Made by a program: the position numbers and the translations under genes. Of a stretch of DNA of 64,000 nt, positions 18,446 through 28,180 are shown piece by piece. Each line of letters starts with the position of its first letter. Positions within the stretch are counted from its first letter, which is position 1. The stretch comes from an uncultured bacterium (GTDB lineage: Bacteria; UBA8481): assembly GCA_964499705.1 (NCBI GenBank), contig CAZCME010000002.1, positions 124,001-188,000 of the forward strand. Reading direction: 5' to 3'. The notes under the pieces were generated by a model, which had not been told where the DNA came from, did not search any database, and saw nothing but the letters and a program-made list of their open reading frames with translations.

Positions 18446-20328
18446 CCGATCCGCTCCTCAGGATTCTCGGCGAAACGTTCGGCCTCCCGGATTTCCGTCC
18501 CGGGCAGCGGGAGGTGATCGAGGCCCTGGCGCGCGGAGAAAATGTCCTCACCGTCATGCCGACGGGCAGCGGCAAGTCGCTCTGCTACCAGCTTCCGGCC
18601 GTGGCCGCGGACGGCTTGACCGTCGTCGTCTCGCCGCTCATCGCGCTCATGATCGACCAGATCGGCTCTCTCAGATCCAGGCGCATTCCCGCGGGAGGCA
18701 TCTATTCAGGAATGTCCTCGGGCGACCGGAGCGAGACGTATCGGAATCTGGAAAAGGGGGGGCTGAAGATCCTGTATGTTTCGCCGGAAAGATTCACCTA
18801 CGAGAATTTTCTCGGCCGCCTGCAGGGCCGGAAGATCTCGCACTTCATCATCGACGAGGCGCATTGCGTCTCCGAGTGGGGGCATGATTTCAGGGTGGAG
18901 TATCGCGCCCTGAAGAACGTCGTGAAAGCGCTCGGCTCGCCTCCCGTCGGCGCCTTCACCGCGACGGCGACGCAGGAAGTGCGGCGAGACATCGAGATCC
19001 AGCTGGGGATCGAGGGCGCCGCGTATTTCTTCACCGGATTCGATCGTGAAAACCTGAATCTCGAAGTCCGGCCCGCGCCCACGAAACGGACCAAGCTGAC
19101 GACCATCATGGAACTGCTGAACGAGGAATCCGGTTCGGCGATCGTTTATTGTTCCACCAGGAAGGACACCGAGGAGATCACCGAAGCTCTCTGCGACCAT
19201 GGTTTTTCCGCGGTTCGATATCACGCCGGACTTCCGGACGCGGAGCGCGACACGGCGCAGAAGGCATTTCTGTCCGGAAAGACGCGCATCATCGTCGCGA
19301 CATGCGCCTTCGGCATGGGAATCGACAAGTCGGACATCCGGCTCGTCATCCACTTTGCGATACCCGGTTCCGTGGAGACATACTACCAGGAGATCGGGCG
19401 GGCGGGCCGCGACGGCGCCGCGGCGAGGTGCGTGCTGCTTTGGAGTTATCCCGATGTTCAGATCCGGCGATACTTCATCGATAAATCCGAAACAGGAGAG
19501 AAGAGCCCGGCTGTAAGAGCGGCGGAGGAGCGGCGGCTGGAGAAGATGATCCGCTACGCGCGCAGCTACCAGTGCCGCCGAGGATTCATCATCGACTATT
19601 TCGTCGGCCGCCATGTCATCTTCAAATGCGGCGTCTGCGATAATTGCGGCGGCGTCAACCGGATGCAGGAGGTCCCGCGGAGCGAGCCGGTTCTCGAACA
19701 GGCGGCGCCGGAACCGCAGGGCACCCCGGAATCGCTGGAGTGGGCGAGGATGGTGTTATCCTGCATCGAGCGGATCCGGCGCGCGGAGGTATCGCCGAAT
19801 CTCCGCAACGTCGCGTCGGTGCTCCGAGGCCAGCGTTCCGACGATGTGAAGGCATACGGACTCGATGCCCTGTCCACGTGGAATCTCTTCGTCGGCTGGA
19901 AACAGCGTGAAATCCGCGGGCTTTTCCGCGTGCTCCGCGAGGCCCGGCTGATCGCGCTGCACGAGGGGCGGATCGAGATCACGGAATTCGGACGGCGCGT
20001 GATGTTCGGGAAGGAAGAGGCCGTCATACCCTTCGAGCGGGAAGTGGTGACCGGCGCGGTCATCATGGAGCAGGCCGAGCCGGCGAGCGGGCAGGAATTC
20101 GACGCGGAAGTGTTCGAGCGGCTTCGCGCCTGGAGGTCGTCCCGGGCGAAAACGGACGGGATGCCGCCGTATGTCATCGCCCACGACCGGACGTTGAAGA
20201 GCCTGGCGCTGGCGAAACCGGACAGCATGGAGGCGCTTCTGGAGGTCGCGGGAATCGGCCCGACGAAGGCGGCGAAATTCGGCACGGAAATCATGGGTGT
20301 CATCCATCAGAAGGACGCCGCGAACTGA
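18442..20328 (+). CDS. recQ: RecQ family helicase with RQC and HRDC domains
   Basis: MPTGSGKSLCYQ, DEAHCVSEWGHDFR, AFGMGIDK, YYQEIGRAGRDG, C-terminal HRDC (PPYVIAHDRTL); GTG start overlaps asnB stop. Confidence 0.93.
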   Translation: MTDPLLRILGETFGLPDFRPGQREVIEALARGENVLTVMPTGSGKSLCYQLPAVAADGLTVVVSPLIALMIDQIGSLRSRRIPAGGIYSGMSSGDRSETYRNLEKGGLKILYVSPERFTYENFLGRLQGRKISHFIIDEAHCVSEWGHDFRVEYRALKNVVKALGSPPVGAFTATATQEVRRDIEIQLGIEGAAYFFTGFDRENLNLEVRPAPTKRTKLTTIMELLNEESGSAIVYCSTRKDTEEITEALCDHGFSAVRYHAGLPDAERDTAQKAFLSGKTRIIVATCAFGMGIDKSDIRLVIHFAIPGSVETYYQEIGRAGRDGAAARCVLLWSYPDVQIRRYFIDKSETGEKSPAVRAAEERRLEKMIRYARSYQCRRGFIIDYFVGRHVIFKCGVCDNCGGVNRMQEVPRSEPVLEQAAPEPQGTPESLEWARMVLSCIERIRRAEVSPNLRNVASVLRGQRSDDVKAYGLDALSTWNLFVGWKQREIRGLFRVLREARLIALHEGRIEITEFGRRVMFGKEEAVIPFEREVVTGAVIMEQAEPASGQEFDAEVFERLRAWRSSRAKTDGMPPYVIAHDRTLKSLALAKPDSMEALLEVAGIGPTKAAKFGTEIMGVIHQKDAAN

Positions 20329-20505
20329 GCCTGAGCCGCCGTTGCGGGAGCGACGAACGGAAAACGGCGTCGTGTCTGACTCGCCGGCATGAACGGCAAT
20401 GCCTGAAGCGCGCTATTAACCTGCAAATTGCGGCGAGTTCCCTTACTGGGCTTATGTCGAAAACGGGTTCTGGAGATATCGCCCGGTGAAGGTTAAACTC
20501 GCAAC

Positions 20506-20898
20506 ATGGATTATCGTACATCAGCCCGATTCGATTACGATTTCGAACGACGACCATCCCTGTACCGCAGAATGCGGCGATCGGTCCGGAGACTTTTCAG
20601 GGGAAACATGCAGACATTTTATCTCACTCTGGCGGCCCTCGTGGTTGGAATTGGAATCTTCCATGTCGCCATGATGTACCTGGGTCTCATCGATATGGGG
20701 ATCAATGCGGCGATCGACACGGAATACCGGCAGGTGGGAATCGAGCCGACCGGCGATCGACGCGAGTCGGAGGAATTCGCGCGGCGCGCGCAGGCTTACA
20801 AGGATCTCAAGAACGGAACCATCAGCGAAGTGGAGATGAAAACGAAGTATCGTGAGTACAAGGAAAAGCGCGATGCTGCGCGTGGAGAGGAACCGTGA
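20506..20898 (+). CDS. Small single-TM protein, paralog of 25453-25731
   Basis: Basic N-terminus, one TM, D(M/L)G..AAID(T/A)E motif shared with the paralog; stop overlaps next GTG. Confidence 0.7.
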   Translation: MDYRTSARFDYDFERRPSLYRRMRRSVRRLFRGNMQTFYLTLAALVVGIGIFHVAMMYLGLIDMGINAAIDTEYRQVGIEPTGDRRESEEFARRAQAYKDLKNGTISEVEMKTKYREYKEKRDAARGEEP

Positions 20899-22298
20899 CG
20901 GATACACCCCTGGCGGCGTACTGGATTCCCGCCCTCTCCTTCGGCGTATTTTTCGTCGCGATCCTTTTAATCATCATCATCTGCTGGCTTTCCGCGCGCT
21001 ATGGATCTCTTTACCGCCGGGCGTCTCACGCGAAGGAGCTCTGCCGCCAGGGGCGCACGAACGAGGCTTTGGAACTGATGGAGGCGCTGGTGAGGAGCAT
21101 GCCGGATGATCCGGAGCTGCTGGCGGATTTTGGAGCGACGCTCTTCAAGGCCGGACACGTCGACGAAGCGGAAAGGCGGTTCAGGCGAGCTCATGCGCTC
21201 GATGCGCGACTTCCTGAAGCTTCTTACGGCCTCGGTCATTGCCTCCTGGGATCTTCTCCCGCCGCGGCCGAGAAATATTTCGACGATGCGATGCGCCTCG
21301 ATCCCACGTTCGCCCCGGCGGTTGAAGGGCGAGGATTGGCGCGGCTGGCGGCGGGAAGGCTGGCGGAAGCCGCCGAGGATTTCGCCTCGGCATGCCGCTT
21401 GAATCCCTCCGGAACAACGGCGCACATCAACGCGGGTGTCGCGGCCATGGCTCTGGGAGATGGGAAATCCGCGGAGATTAATTTCCGCGAGGCTGTCCGG
21501 CTGGATCCGGACAACGCGGTTGCGCTCTCGAATCTCGGCGCGTTTCTCGGCTCGGAGAAGAAGCACGAAGAATCGGTTCTGTACCTGGAACGGGCCGTGG
21601 CCGCGGAGCCTCTGTCGGTCCGGGAACGCATCGAGCTGGCTTACCTGTACCGACGCCTGGGCAGGAACGAGGCGGCCATCCGGCATCTCATGGATGTGGC
21701 GCCGCGTGTGCCGGACAATCCCGATGTCAGCTTCCGGCTGGGGATCATGATGGCGGAGTCAGGCCGCAAAGAAGAGGCGCAGGCCTTCATGATACGGGCG
21801 GTCGCGCTGGATCCGCGACTGGCCGGCGATGATGCGGGGAGCCCAGGCCGTATGATGGGGACGACGCCCGTGTTCGAGGAGCTTGGCGAGGAAGATATCC
21901 GCAGGCTGTCGGCGTCCGGCCGAAGGCGCCGCCTGGCTGCCGGGGAGCAGTTGATCGCTGAAGGAGAATTATCCGATTCGATCTTTCTGGTTGAGGAGGG
22001 AACTTTCACCGTTCGGAGGGCGATTGCGGGCGATGTCAGCCGGGAGAGAAGCCGGCTGGGCCCGGGGCATGTGATAGGGGAAGTTTCTTTCATCGACCGG
22101 GGATTGAGGTCCGCGTCCGTCATGGCGAGCGAAACCTCGCGCGTCCTTGAAATCCCGTTCTCCGCCATGGACAGGATGATTGTGGAGAATCCTCATGCGG
22201 GGCGGATCCTGCTTCGAAATATCGGCCGTATCCTTTCGGCCCGGATCCGTTTTCTGGACGAGGATTCCCGCGACCGGCTCCAGTGGGGCGTCCAATGA
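20895..22298 (+). CDS. Membrane-anchored TPR protein with C-terminal cyclic-nucleotide-binding domain
   Basis: N-terminal TM, multiple TPRs (ALSNLG, A..LDP), cNMP cassette GEVSFIDRGLRSASV. Confidence 0.88.
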   Translation: MTDTPLAAYWIPALSFGVFFVAILLIIIICWLSARYGSLYRRASHAKELCRQGRTNEALELMEALVRSMPDDPELLADFGATLFKAGHVDEAERRFRRAHALDARLPEASYGLGHCLLGSSPAAAEKYFDDAMRLDPTFAPAVEGRGLARLAAGRLAEAAEDFASACRLNPSGTTAHINAGVAAMALGDGKSAEINFREAVRLDPDNAVALSNLGAFLGSEKKHEESVLYLERAVAAEPLSVRERIELAYLYRRLGRNEAAIRHLMDVAPRVPDNPDVSFRLGIMMAESGRKEEAQAFMIRAVALDPRLAGDDAGSPGRMMGTTPVFEELGEEDIRRLSASGRRRRLAAGEQLIAEGELSDSIFLVEEGTFTVRRAIAGDVSRERSRLGPGHVIGEVSFIDRGLRSASVMASETSRVLEIPFSAMDRMIVENPHAGRILLRNIGRILSARIRFLDEDSRDRLQWGVQ

Positions 22299-22369
22299 TC
22301 TCGCCAAGGCACGACGACTACGAGGATGCCGCGATGAGGATGCGCGTCTTTCGGACGGTGTGGAATTGA
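22295..22369 (+). CDS. Putative 24-aa micro-ORF (MISPRHDDYEDAAMRMRVFRTVWN)
   Basis: ATGA overlap with upstream stop and TTGA overlap with downstream TTG start. Confidence 0.35.
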   Translation: MISPRHDDYEDAAMRMRVFRTVWN

Positions 22370-23262
22370 ACGCCGTATCGCTGACCGATGTCAGCCGCTC
22401 GTTCGGCTCGACGCTCGCGCTCGATCATGTTTCGTTGGATCTGCCCATCGGCACCGTGATCGGGCTTTTGGGAGTGAACGGTGCCGGTAAGTCGACGCTC
22501 ATCCGCATCCTCCTCGGACTGGACAAGCCCGATGATGGCGACGTGAATGTTCTCGGCATGGATCCGATCGAGGATCCCATCGCGGTCCGCTCGCGCGTCG
22601 GATATCTGCCGGAACGCCGCGCGTTATACGACTGGATGACGGTCGAGGAATCGATCGGTTTTGTATCGTCGTTCTATCCGTCCTGGAACGCGGCCCGTGC
22701 TGATGATTTCCGCGCGCGTTTCGACCTGCCGCTCGACCGGAAAGTCGGCGCGCTCTCCCGAGGCCAGTACGCGCGCCTCGCGTTCCTCTTGACGCTGGGG
22801 CACGATCCCGAGCTCTTCGTCCTGGACGAGCCGTCGTACGGGCTCGATCCGCTCGTGCGGCGCCAGTTTCTCGCGACGATCGTGGATGTCATCGCGGAGG
22901 GCGGCAAGACCGTCGTCATGGCCTCGCACCTGATGAACGAAGTGGAGCGCGTCGCCGATCGCGTCGCCATCATGCACCGCGGCCGCATGCTCGTGGATGA
23001 AGATCTTCCGTCCCTTCTCGCGACCACAAAACTTGTGAAGCTACCGCCGGACTTTGACTTCGCTCCTTTCGCGGATCGCCTGATCAGGAGCGGGCGCGTG
23101 GATGGTCATGTGCATGCGTCGTTCCGGAACTTCGACGATGCGATCGCGATGCGTTTACCTTCTTCCGCGTCCGTGCAGCCGCTCTCGCTCGAGGATATCT
23201 TCTGCGAATTCGCGGAAGCGGCCGATGAGCTGCCGGTTCCGTCCGAGGATTCTCCCGCGTGA
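22366..23262 (+). CDS. ABC-2 type transporter ATP-binding protein
   Basis: GVNGAGKST, LSRGQ, LDEPSYGLDP, MASH; start about 22360-22366. Confidence 0.92.
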   Translation: MNAVSLTDVSRSFGSTLALDHVSLDLPIGTVIGLLGVNGAGKSTLIRILLGLDKPDDGDVNVLGMDPIEDPIAVRSRVGYLPERRALYDWMTVEESIGFVSSFYPSWNAARADDFRARFDLPLDRKVGALSRGQYARLAFLLTLGHDPELFVLDEPSYGLDPLVRRQFLATIVDVIAEGGKTVVMASHLMNEVERVADRVAIMHRGRMLVDEDLPSLLATTKLVKLPPDFDFAPFADRLIRSGRVDGHVHASFRNFDDAIAMRLPSSASVQPLSLEDIFCEFAEAADELPVPSEDSPA

Positions 23263-25403
23263 TCCAACCCTGGGCCGATTCGCCCATGGAAGCGATTCTC
23301 CGCAAGGAATGGCGGGAGCATCAATGGAAATTATATCTCGCCGTCGCGGTATTGCCCGTGTATCACCTGAACTTCATCCTCCTGGGCGGCGAAGGCACGT
23401 CCGCGATCGCGTGGTTCTTCACGGCGTTCGTGGGGGCCCTCTTCGGTTCGGATATCATCTCCTTTTCCAAGTCCTCCGCTCACGTCGATCCCATGTCCGT
23501 CCTGCCCGTGCGCCGCATGACCGTCATGGCGGTCCGCATGGGGCTCGGGATCGCGCTGGTCGTGGGAACCGGAATCATCATCTTCGGCATGTTCGGGTTG
23601 CTCATGATGACAAGGGGCGCCCTGATCTTCGCGAAAGCCGATCAGCTCTACGGATTCGGCGTTCGAAGCTCCTTCGAGTTGATCAGCCTCTACGCGCAAC
23701 TATCCTTCGTGCTCTTTGCGGGCTCTTTCCTCTCCCTCCTGATTTCCGCCGTCACCGGATCCAGTTTCCTGGGATTCATCGCGGGAGGTTTCATCGGGAG
23801 CGCCGTTGCGGTGGGAGGAAGAGGATCGGTGCTAGTCGGTTCGGCGCGGCTGGATACCGGGACCCTCCTGATCCTGGGAGGAATCCTCGTGGCATTTCCG
23901 TTGATGAAGTCGGTCGCGCGGTTCGTTCTCGATATGGCGAGAGTCGTCTCATCCCGGCTCATCATGGCTTTGCCTGCGCCCAGCCTGACGCACAAGGAAC
24001 TTGCAGAAATGAGCGGCGTGTTCGTGATCGGACTCGCGTGCGCGCTCCTGTGCTGGGTCACACGGAACGCATTTCTCATCATGGCGGCGGCGCTGCCGAT
24101 CCCTCTCTGGATTGGAGCATCGCGCGTGGCCGGAGAACGCGACCGGGGCACGCTCAATGCCCTGTACGCCTTACCGGCTTCTCCTTCCGACATCATCCGC
24201 GGCAAGTATTACGCGGGAACTCTCGCCGTCATCGCCGCTTCCTGTGTCATGGAATTGCCGCTTCTGACGGCGAATCCGAAACTGAGTATTCCGGTCGCGT
24301 GCATTCTCTTTCCCGCGGCAGTCTATGTTCTCTTCAATCTCTCGTTTCTCATTTCACTCGCGGCGCCCTCCACGACGCAGGCGTTGGGCGGTCTGGCGAT
24401 CATCCTGTCGCTGCTCCTCTCGACTCTTTACCATCCCGTGCTCGCCCTGGTCGCGTTGATCGTGCTGATTTACGTCGCGGGAATGTCCACGCAGCTCTGG
24501 GAGGAAATGCAGATCTGGTGGCCCCGATTCGGACTGGCCGATCCCGCCGCCGCGCCCTGGAAACGACTTGTGATTCCCGCGTTGATCATCCTGGGAACAC
24601 CGACGGTGCTGGCGTGGTGGACGTGGGGACGATTCCTGAGCAGCGATGCCGTCGTATTCCACGCTTCGCATCATCACGAGGATATCCGAGGGATCCGAAC
24701 GTATATGTCCGGAGACGATCTCGCGGTCGTGAAGAAATCGGGCGAGACTGAACTGAGACGCGTCGTCAACATCCGCGTCGTGCAAAACGTGTTAGCGGCG
24801 GATCCACCGAGGCACTCGGACGATCGGAATGAAGTGGAGCGGCATCTCGAAATCGCCGGGCAGGTGAGAGGAGAAATGGCTCTTCCGCGCGATATGCGGA
24901 ATGAAAGCGCATGGTCCGGCGAATATTCAGCTCTGATGAAGGTGCGTCGGGCGGACGGAGACCATGCCGAGGCGGGGGAGCTCATGTATGAGATCGATTG
25001 GGGAACCTCGGGCCGGTTCGGGCCGCCTCCGCCGGCGATGAAAGTTTCGTATCGAGCCCATTCCCACGGAGAATGGCTTTTGATCGGTATGATGTCCTGG
25101 CCCGAGGAAATGCGCCTGAGCAAGGCGATGCAATATCGCGATATCACGGTGGATCCTTTCCATGGAAAACTATTTCTCCTGGGCGATGAGGGCATGACGG
25201 AGGTCGACTTGTCCGGCATGGCCGACAAATTGCGCTCAATGAACCTGGAGATGTCGCCGCAACAGGAGGAAGTGAGCGGAGAGCATGCAACTCCGTGGTG
25301 GGAACGGAACCGTGTCGAGAATCCGCGCCGTTCCTCCTCGCTCCGCATCAATCCCGATAACGGCGAGCTGGAATCGGTGGATTCGTCCGATACGGGCGGT
25401 TAG
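23259..25403 (+). CDS. ABC-2 type permease (two fused permease halves) with C-terminal extracytoplasmic domain
   Basis: ILRKEWRE and LTHKELAE starts of repeats, AGERDRGTLNALYALP motif, many TMs, then ~250-aa hydrophilic tail. Confidence 0.75.
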   Translation: MIQPWADSPMEAILRKEWREHQWKLYLAVAVLPVYHLNFILLGGEGTSAIAWFFTAFVGALFGSDIISFSKSSAHVDPMSVLPVRRMTVMAVRMGLGIALVVGTGIIIFGMFGLLMMTRGALIFAKADQLYGFGVRSSFELISLYAQLSFVLFAGSFLSLLISAVTGSSFLGFIAGGFIGSAVAVGGRGSVLVGSARLDTGTLLILGGILVAFPLMKSVARFVLDMARVVSSRLIMALPAPSLTHKELAEMSGVFVIGLACALLCWVTRNAFLIMAAALPIPLWIGASRVAGERDRGTLNALYALPASPSDIIRGKYYAGTLAVIAASCVMELPLLTANPKLSIPVACILFPAAVYVLFNLSFLISLAAPSTTQALGGLAIILSLLLSTLYHPVLALVALIVLIYVAGMSTQLWEEMQIWWPRFGLADPAAAPWKRLVIPALIILGTPTVLAWWTWGRFLSSDAVVFHASHHHEDIRGIRTYMSGDDLAVVKKSGETELRRVVNIRVVQNVLAADPPRHSDDRNEVERHLEIAGQVRGEMALPRDMRNESAWSGEYSALMKVRRADGDHAEAGELMYEIDWGTSGRFGPPPPAMKVSYRAHSHGEWLLIGMMSWPEEMRLSKAMQYRDITVDPFHGKLFLLGDEGMTEVDLSGMADKLRSMNLEMSPQQEEVSGEHATPWWERNRVENPRRSSSLRINPDNGELESVDSSDTGG

Positions 25404-25452
25404 CACTTGACGCCACCGTGATCCGGTCGGCATCATGGGCGCGAAAACGCGC

Positions 25453-25731
25453 ATGAGCTATCACATTTCGTCGGATTTCGAATATCACGTTCATCGGCGT
25501 CCGCCTTTTCTCTTCCGCATCCGGCGTTCCTTCTGGCATTTCTACCGCGATTCGCGCACCACGGCCGTCATGGTCCTCCTGGCCGTCCTCGTCGGGCTGA
25601 TCCTCTTCATGGGCCTGAACGGTTATGTCAATTACCTCGATCTCGGTCATCGCGCGGCGATCGACGCGGAGCACAGGCGGGCGGTGGAGCTCAAGCAGCG
25701 GCGCGATGAGGAACGCGGGGTCTTCCGGTGA
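25453..25731 (+). CDS. Small single-TM protein, paralog of 20506-20898
   Basis: MSYHISSDFEY..RRP versus MDYRTSARFDY..RRP; DLGHRAAIDAE; upstream TTGACG-18-CATCAT. Confidence 0.7.
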   Translation: MSYHISSDFEYHVHRRPPFLFRIRRSFWHFYRDSRTTAVMVLLAVLVGLILFMGLNGYVNYLDLGHRAAIDAEHRRAVELKQRRDEERGVFR

Positions 25732-27143
25732 CGGGATTTTCCGGAGCGGAGTTCTGGTTGCCGGCCCTGTCGTTCGGACTCATGTACGGCGGCGCCCTGA
25801 CGCTGATTCTCGTCTGCGTTCGCGCGGTGATCTCCGGCAATCTCTACAAGGATGCGGAAAAAGCCCAGGAGCTCCGGAAGAGGGGTCGGCCGGAGGAAGC
25901 GGTCGAGGTGATGGAGGCCGCGGTGCGGCGGTCGCCGGACGACGCGATCCTTCTGTCGGATTTCGGAGCGGCGTTGTTCGAAGCCGGGCACGAGCACGAA
26001 GCGGAGAGGCAGTTTCGAAAGGCATACGCGATCGATTCCCGTCTCGCGGAAGCCGCGTACGGCATCGGTCATTGCCTGCTGGCATCGAACGTCGCCGAGG
26101 CGGAAAACTACTTCACGGAGGCGATGAAACTGGATCCGAAGATGGCTCCGGCGGTGCAGGGAAGAGGCGTTGCCCGATTCACCGCCGGGCGCCTCGCGGA
26201 AGCGGCGGAGGATTTCGAGGCCGCGTGTACGCTCCGGCGGGACTGGGCAAAGGCGCAGATGAATGCCGGCGTCGTCGCGACGGCGCTGGGCGATCTGCAA
26301 ACCGCCGAGCATAAATTTCGCGAAGCCGTCCGCCTCGCTCCGGTCGATCCGCTCGCCCTGTCGAACCTGGGTTCCCTCCTCGGCGCGACCGGGCAGCACG
26401 AGGAAGCGGCGCGGATCCTGGAGCGAGCTGTCGCGGTCAATCCCGGGGCCATCAAGGAACGCGTGGAACTGGCGCACCTGTTGCGCCGGGAAGGAAAACG
26501 CATCGACGCGATCACGAACCTGGCCGATGCGTCGCGCCTGGCGCCCGATAACGCCGACGTCTTCTTCCGGCTCGCGATGCTCCAGGATGAAGTCGGCAGG
26601 AAGCAGGATGCGGAAAAGACATTGAAGCGCGCGGAGGCAATCGACCCGCGCCTGGCAGGAGGATTATCCATGAACCAACGTGAAATGATCGCGGCACTCC
26701 CCATATTCGCGGGCATGAACGAGGAAGATGTCCGTCGCGTCATGGCCGCGGGCCGAGCGCGGAACGTCGCGGACGGCCAGTCGCTCGTCACCGAGGGCGA
26801 TCCCGCCGACACGGTCTGCATCGTGGAGGATGGAACGTTCGCCGTGCGGAAGAAGACGATCGGCACGGGAGGCACCGTACTCTGCCGCCTGGGGAAGGGG
26901 AGCCTCGTGGGGGAGATGGCTTTCTTCGATCGGGGCAGAAGGTCGGCAACCGTGGTGGCGGACGGCGCGGCGAAGGCGATCGAGATTCCCTTCGCGGCGA
27001 TCGATGCGTTCGTGGCGGAAAAAGCCAGCGCGGGCCAGATCCTTCTCCGGAACTTCGCGCGCATTTTGTCCGATCGCCTGAGGCACCTCGACGATGAATC
27101 CCGCGATCGCCTGCATTGGGGCGTCGTCGCCACGATGGGGTGA
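25728..27143 (+). CDS. Membrane-anchored TPR-cNMP protein, paralog of 20895-22298
   Basis: Collinear with the first copy (WLPALSFG, ALSNLG, GEMAFFDRGRRSATV, DESRDRLHWGV). Confidence 0.88.
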   Translation: MTGFSGAEFWLPALSFGLMYGGALTLILVCVRAVISGNLYKDAEKAQELRKRGRPEEAVEVMEAAVRRSPDDAILLSDFGAALFEAGHEHEAERQFRKAYAIDSRLAEAAYGIGHCLLASNVAEAENYFTEAMKLDPKMAPAVQGRGVARFTAGRLAEAAEDFEAACTLRRDWAKAQMNAGVVATALGDLQTAEHKFREAVRLAPVDPLALSNLGSLLGATGQHEEAARILERAVAVNPGAIKERVELAHLLRREGKRIDAITNLADASRLAPDNADVFFRLAMLQDEVGRKQDAEKTLKRAEAIDPRLAGGLSMNQREMIAALPIFAGMNEEDVRRVMAAGRARNVADGQSLVTEGDPADTVCIVEDGTFAVRKKTIGTGGTVLCRLGKGSLVGEMAFFDRGRRSATVVADGAAKAIEIPFAAIDAFVAEKASAGQILLRNFARILSDRLRHLDDESRDRLHWGVVATMG

Positions 27144-27160
27144 TGCGCCGCAGATAGGTC

Positions 27161-27189
27161 TTGATGTCCCTGGTCGCAGGAACTATGCT
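27161..27189 (+). promoter_or_regulatory. Putative sigma70 promoter, leaderless geometry
   Basis: TTGATG-17 nt-TATGCT-6 nt-ATG. Confidence 0.65.
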
Positions 27190-27195
27190 TTCCAC

Positions 27196-27855
27196 ATGCG
27201 GCGCATTCTCGCACTGGTTCTTTCCATCCTCGTCTTCAGTTCCTCCGCATTTGCCGTCAACGGTTATCGCCTCGCCGATCTCGTCGAGACTCCATCACGC
27301 TGGTCCTATCATTCAGGCCGCGTCGCGCGCGGCATCGACGGCGATACGATCGAGATGGAGGACGGCACGAAGATCCGGATGGCGGGCATCGATTCGCCGG
27401 AAGTCGGACATGGCTCGACCGCGGCGGAGCCGGGCGGCAACGAGGCGCGTGCCTGGACCGCGGAACGGCTGGCGGGCAAGACGATCCGTTATTACGTCGA
27501 TTCGGCGAACGAGAAGGACAAGTATGGCCGAACGGTTGCTCTCATCTTCTACTGGTCCGGTGGTTCCTACAGCATCGACATGATCCAGACGGGTCACGCG
27601 GAAGCGGCTTACCTCTACCTGGCGAAGGATCTGAAGGATGAAATCTTCGAGAACGCGGTCAGCGGCGGGGGTCAGGCCCAGATCTCGATCAACTCCGGCA
27701 CGCTCGAAGAGCTCGACGGACTTCCGGGGATCGCGACGATCATGGCGCGGCGTATTGTGGCCGGCCGGCCCTACGGTTTCATCGCGGATCTCGACCGTGT
27801 TCCCGGGATCGGCCCCAAGAAACTCGCCGCGATTTCCCCGCTCGTCAAGCTGTAG
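27196..27855 (+). CDS. Secreted thermonuclease (SNase) fused to ComEA-like helix-hairpin-helix domain
   Basis: Signal peptide; DGDTI..IRMAGIDSPE, DKYGRTVA; ISINSGTLEELDGLPGI..RPY..DLDRVPGIGPK. Confidence 0.85.
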   Translation: MRRILALVLSILVFSSSAFAVNGYRLADLVETPSRWSYHSGRVARGIDGDTIEMEDGTKIRMAGIDSPEVGHGSTAAEPGGNEARAWTAERLAGKTIRYYVDSANEKDKYGRTVALIFYWSGGSYSIDMIQTGHAEAAYLYLAKDLKDEIFENAVSGGGQAQISINSGTLEELDGLPGIATIMARRIVAGRPYGFIADLDRVPGIGPKKLAAISPLVKL

Positions 27856-28180
27856 GCTCCCATCAAGGTAAGTTCTCCCGCATCCCGTTCCCGACAAGCA
27901 CGAATCGAACAATTGAGCAGACTCTCCGGTCCGACCGCGAGAATGTTGCGAGCCGCTTCTCTGTCTGGGAAGCCGGGATTCGCTGCGAGGTGGCGCCGGA
28001 TGCGACCGGACTCGGGTGGGGATCGTGAGACGGCGCTTCTTGGAATGTATCTGGCCTTCACCGCCTATATGTCCGGAAAAATCGCCTTATCCGTGGAGCT
28101 GTCCAGCGATGTTTTATATGGCTACACGTCGCGAGCCGCGTACGGGCCGCTGGCGCGCGAGGCTCGCGCGCTCATCCGGC

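Noticed and set aside
23102-24751. 549-aa Arg-rich plus-strand ORF
   Set aside because: Alternative frame of the ABC permease; composition typical of off-frame GC-rich sequence
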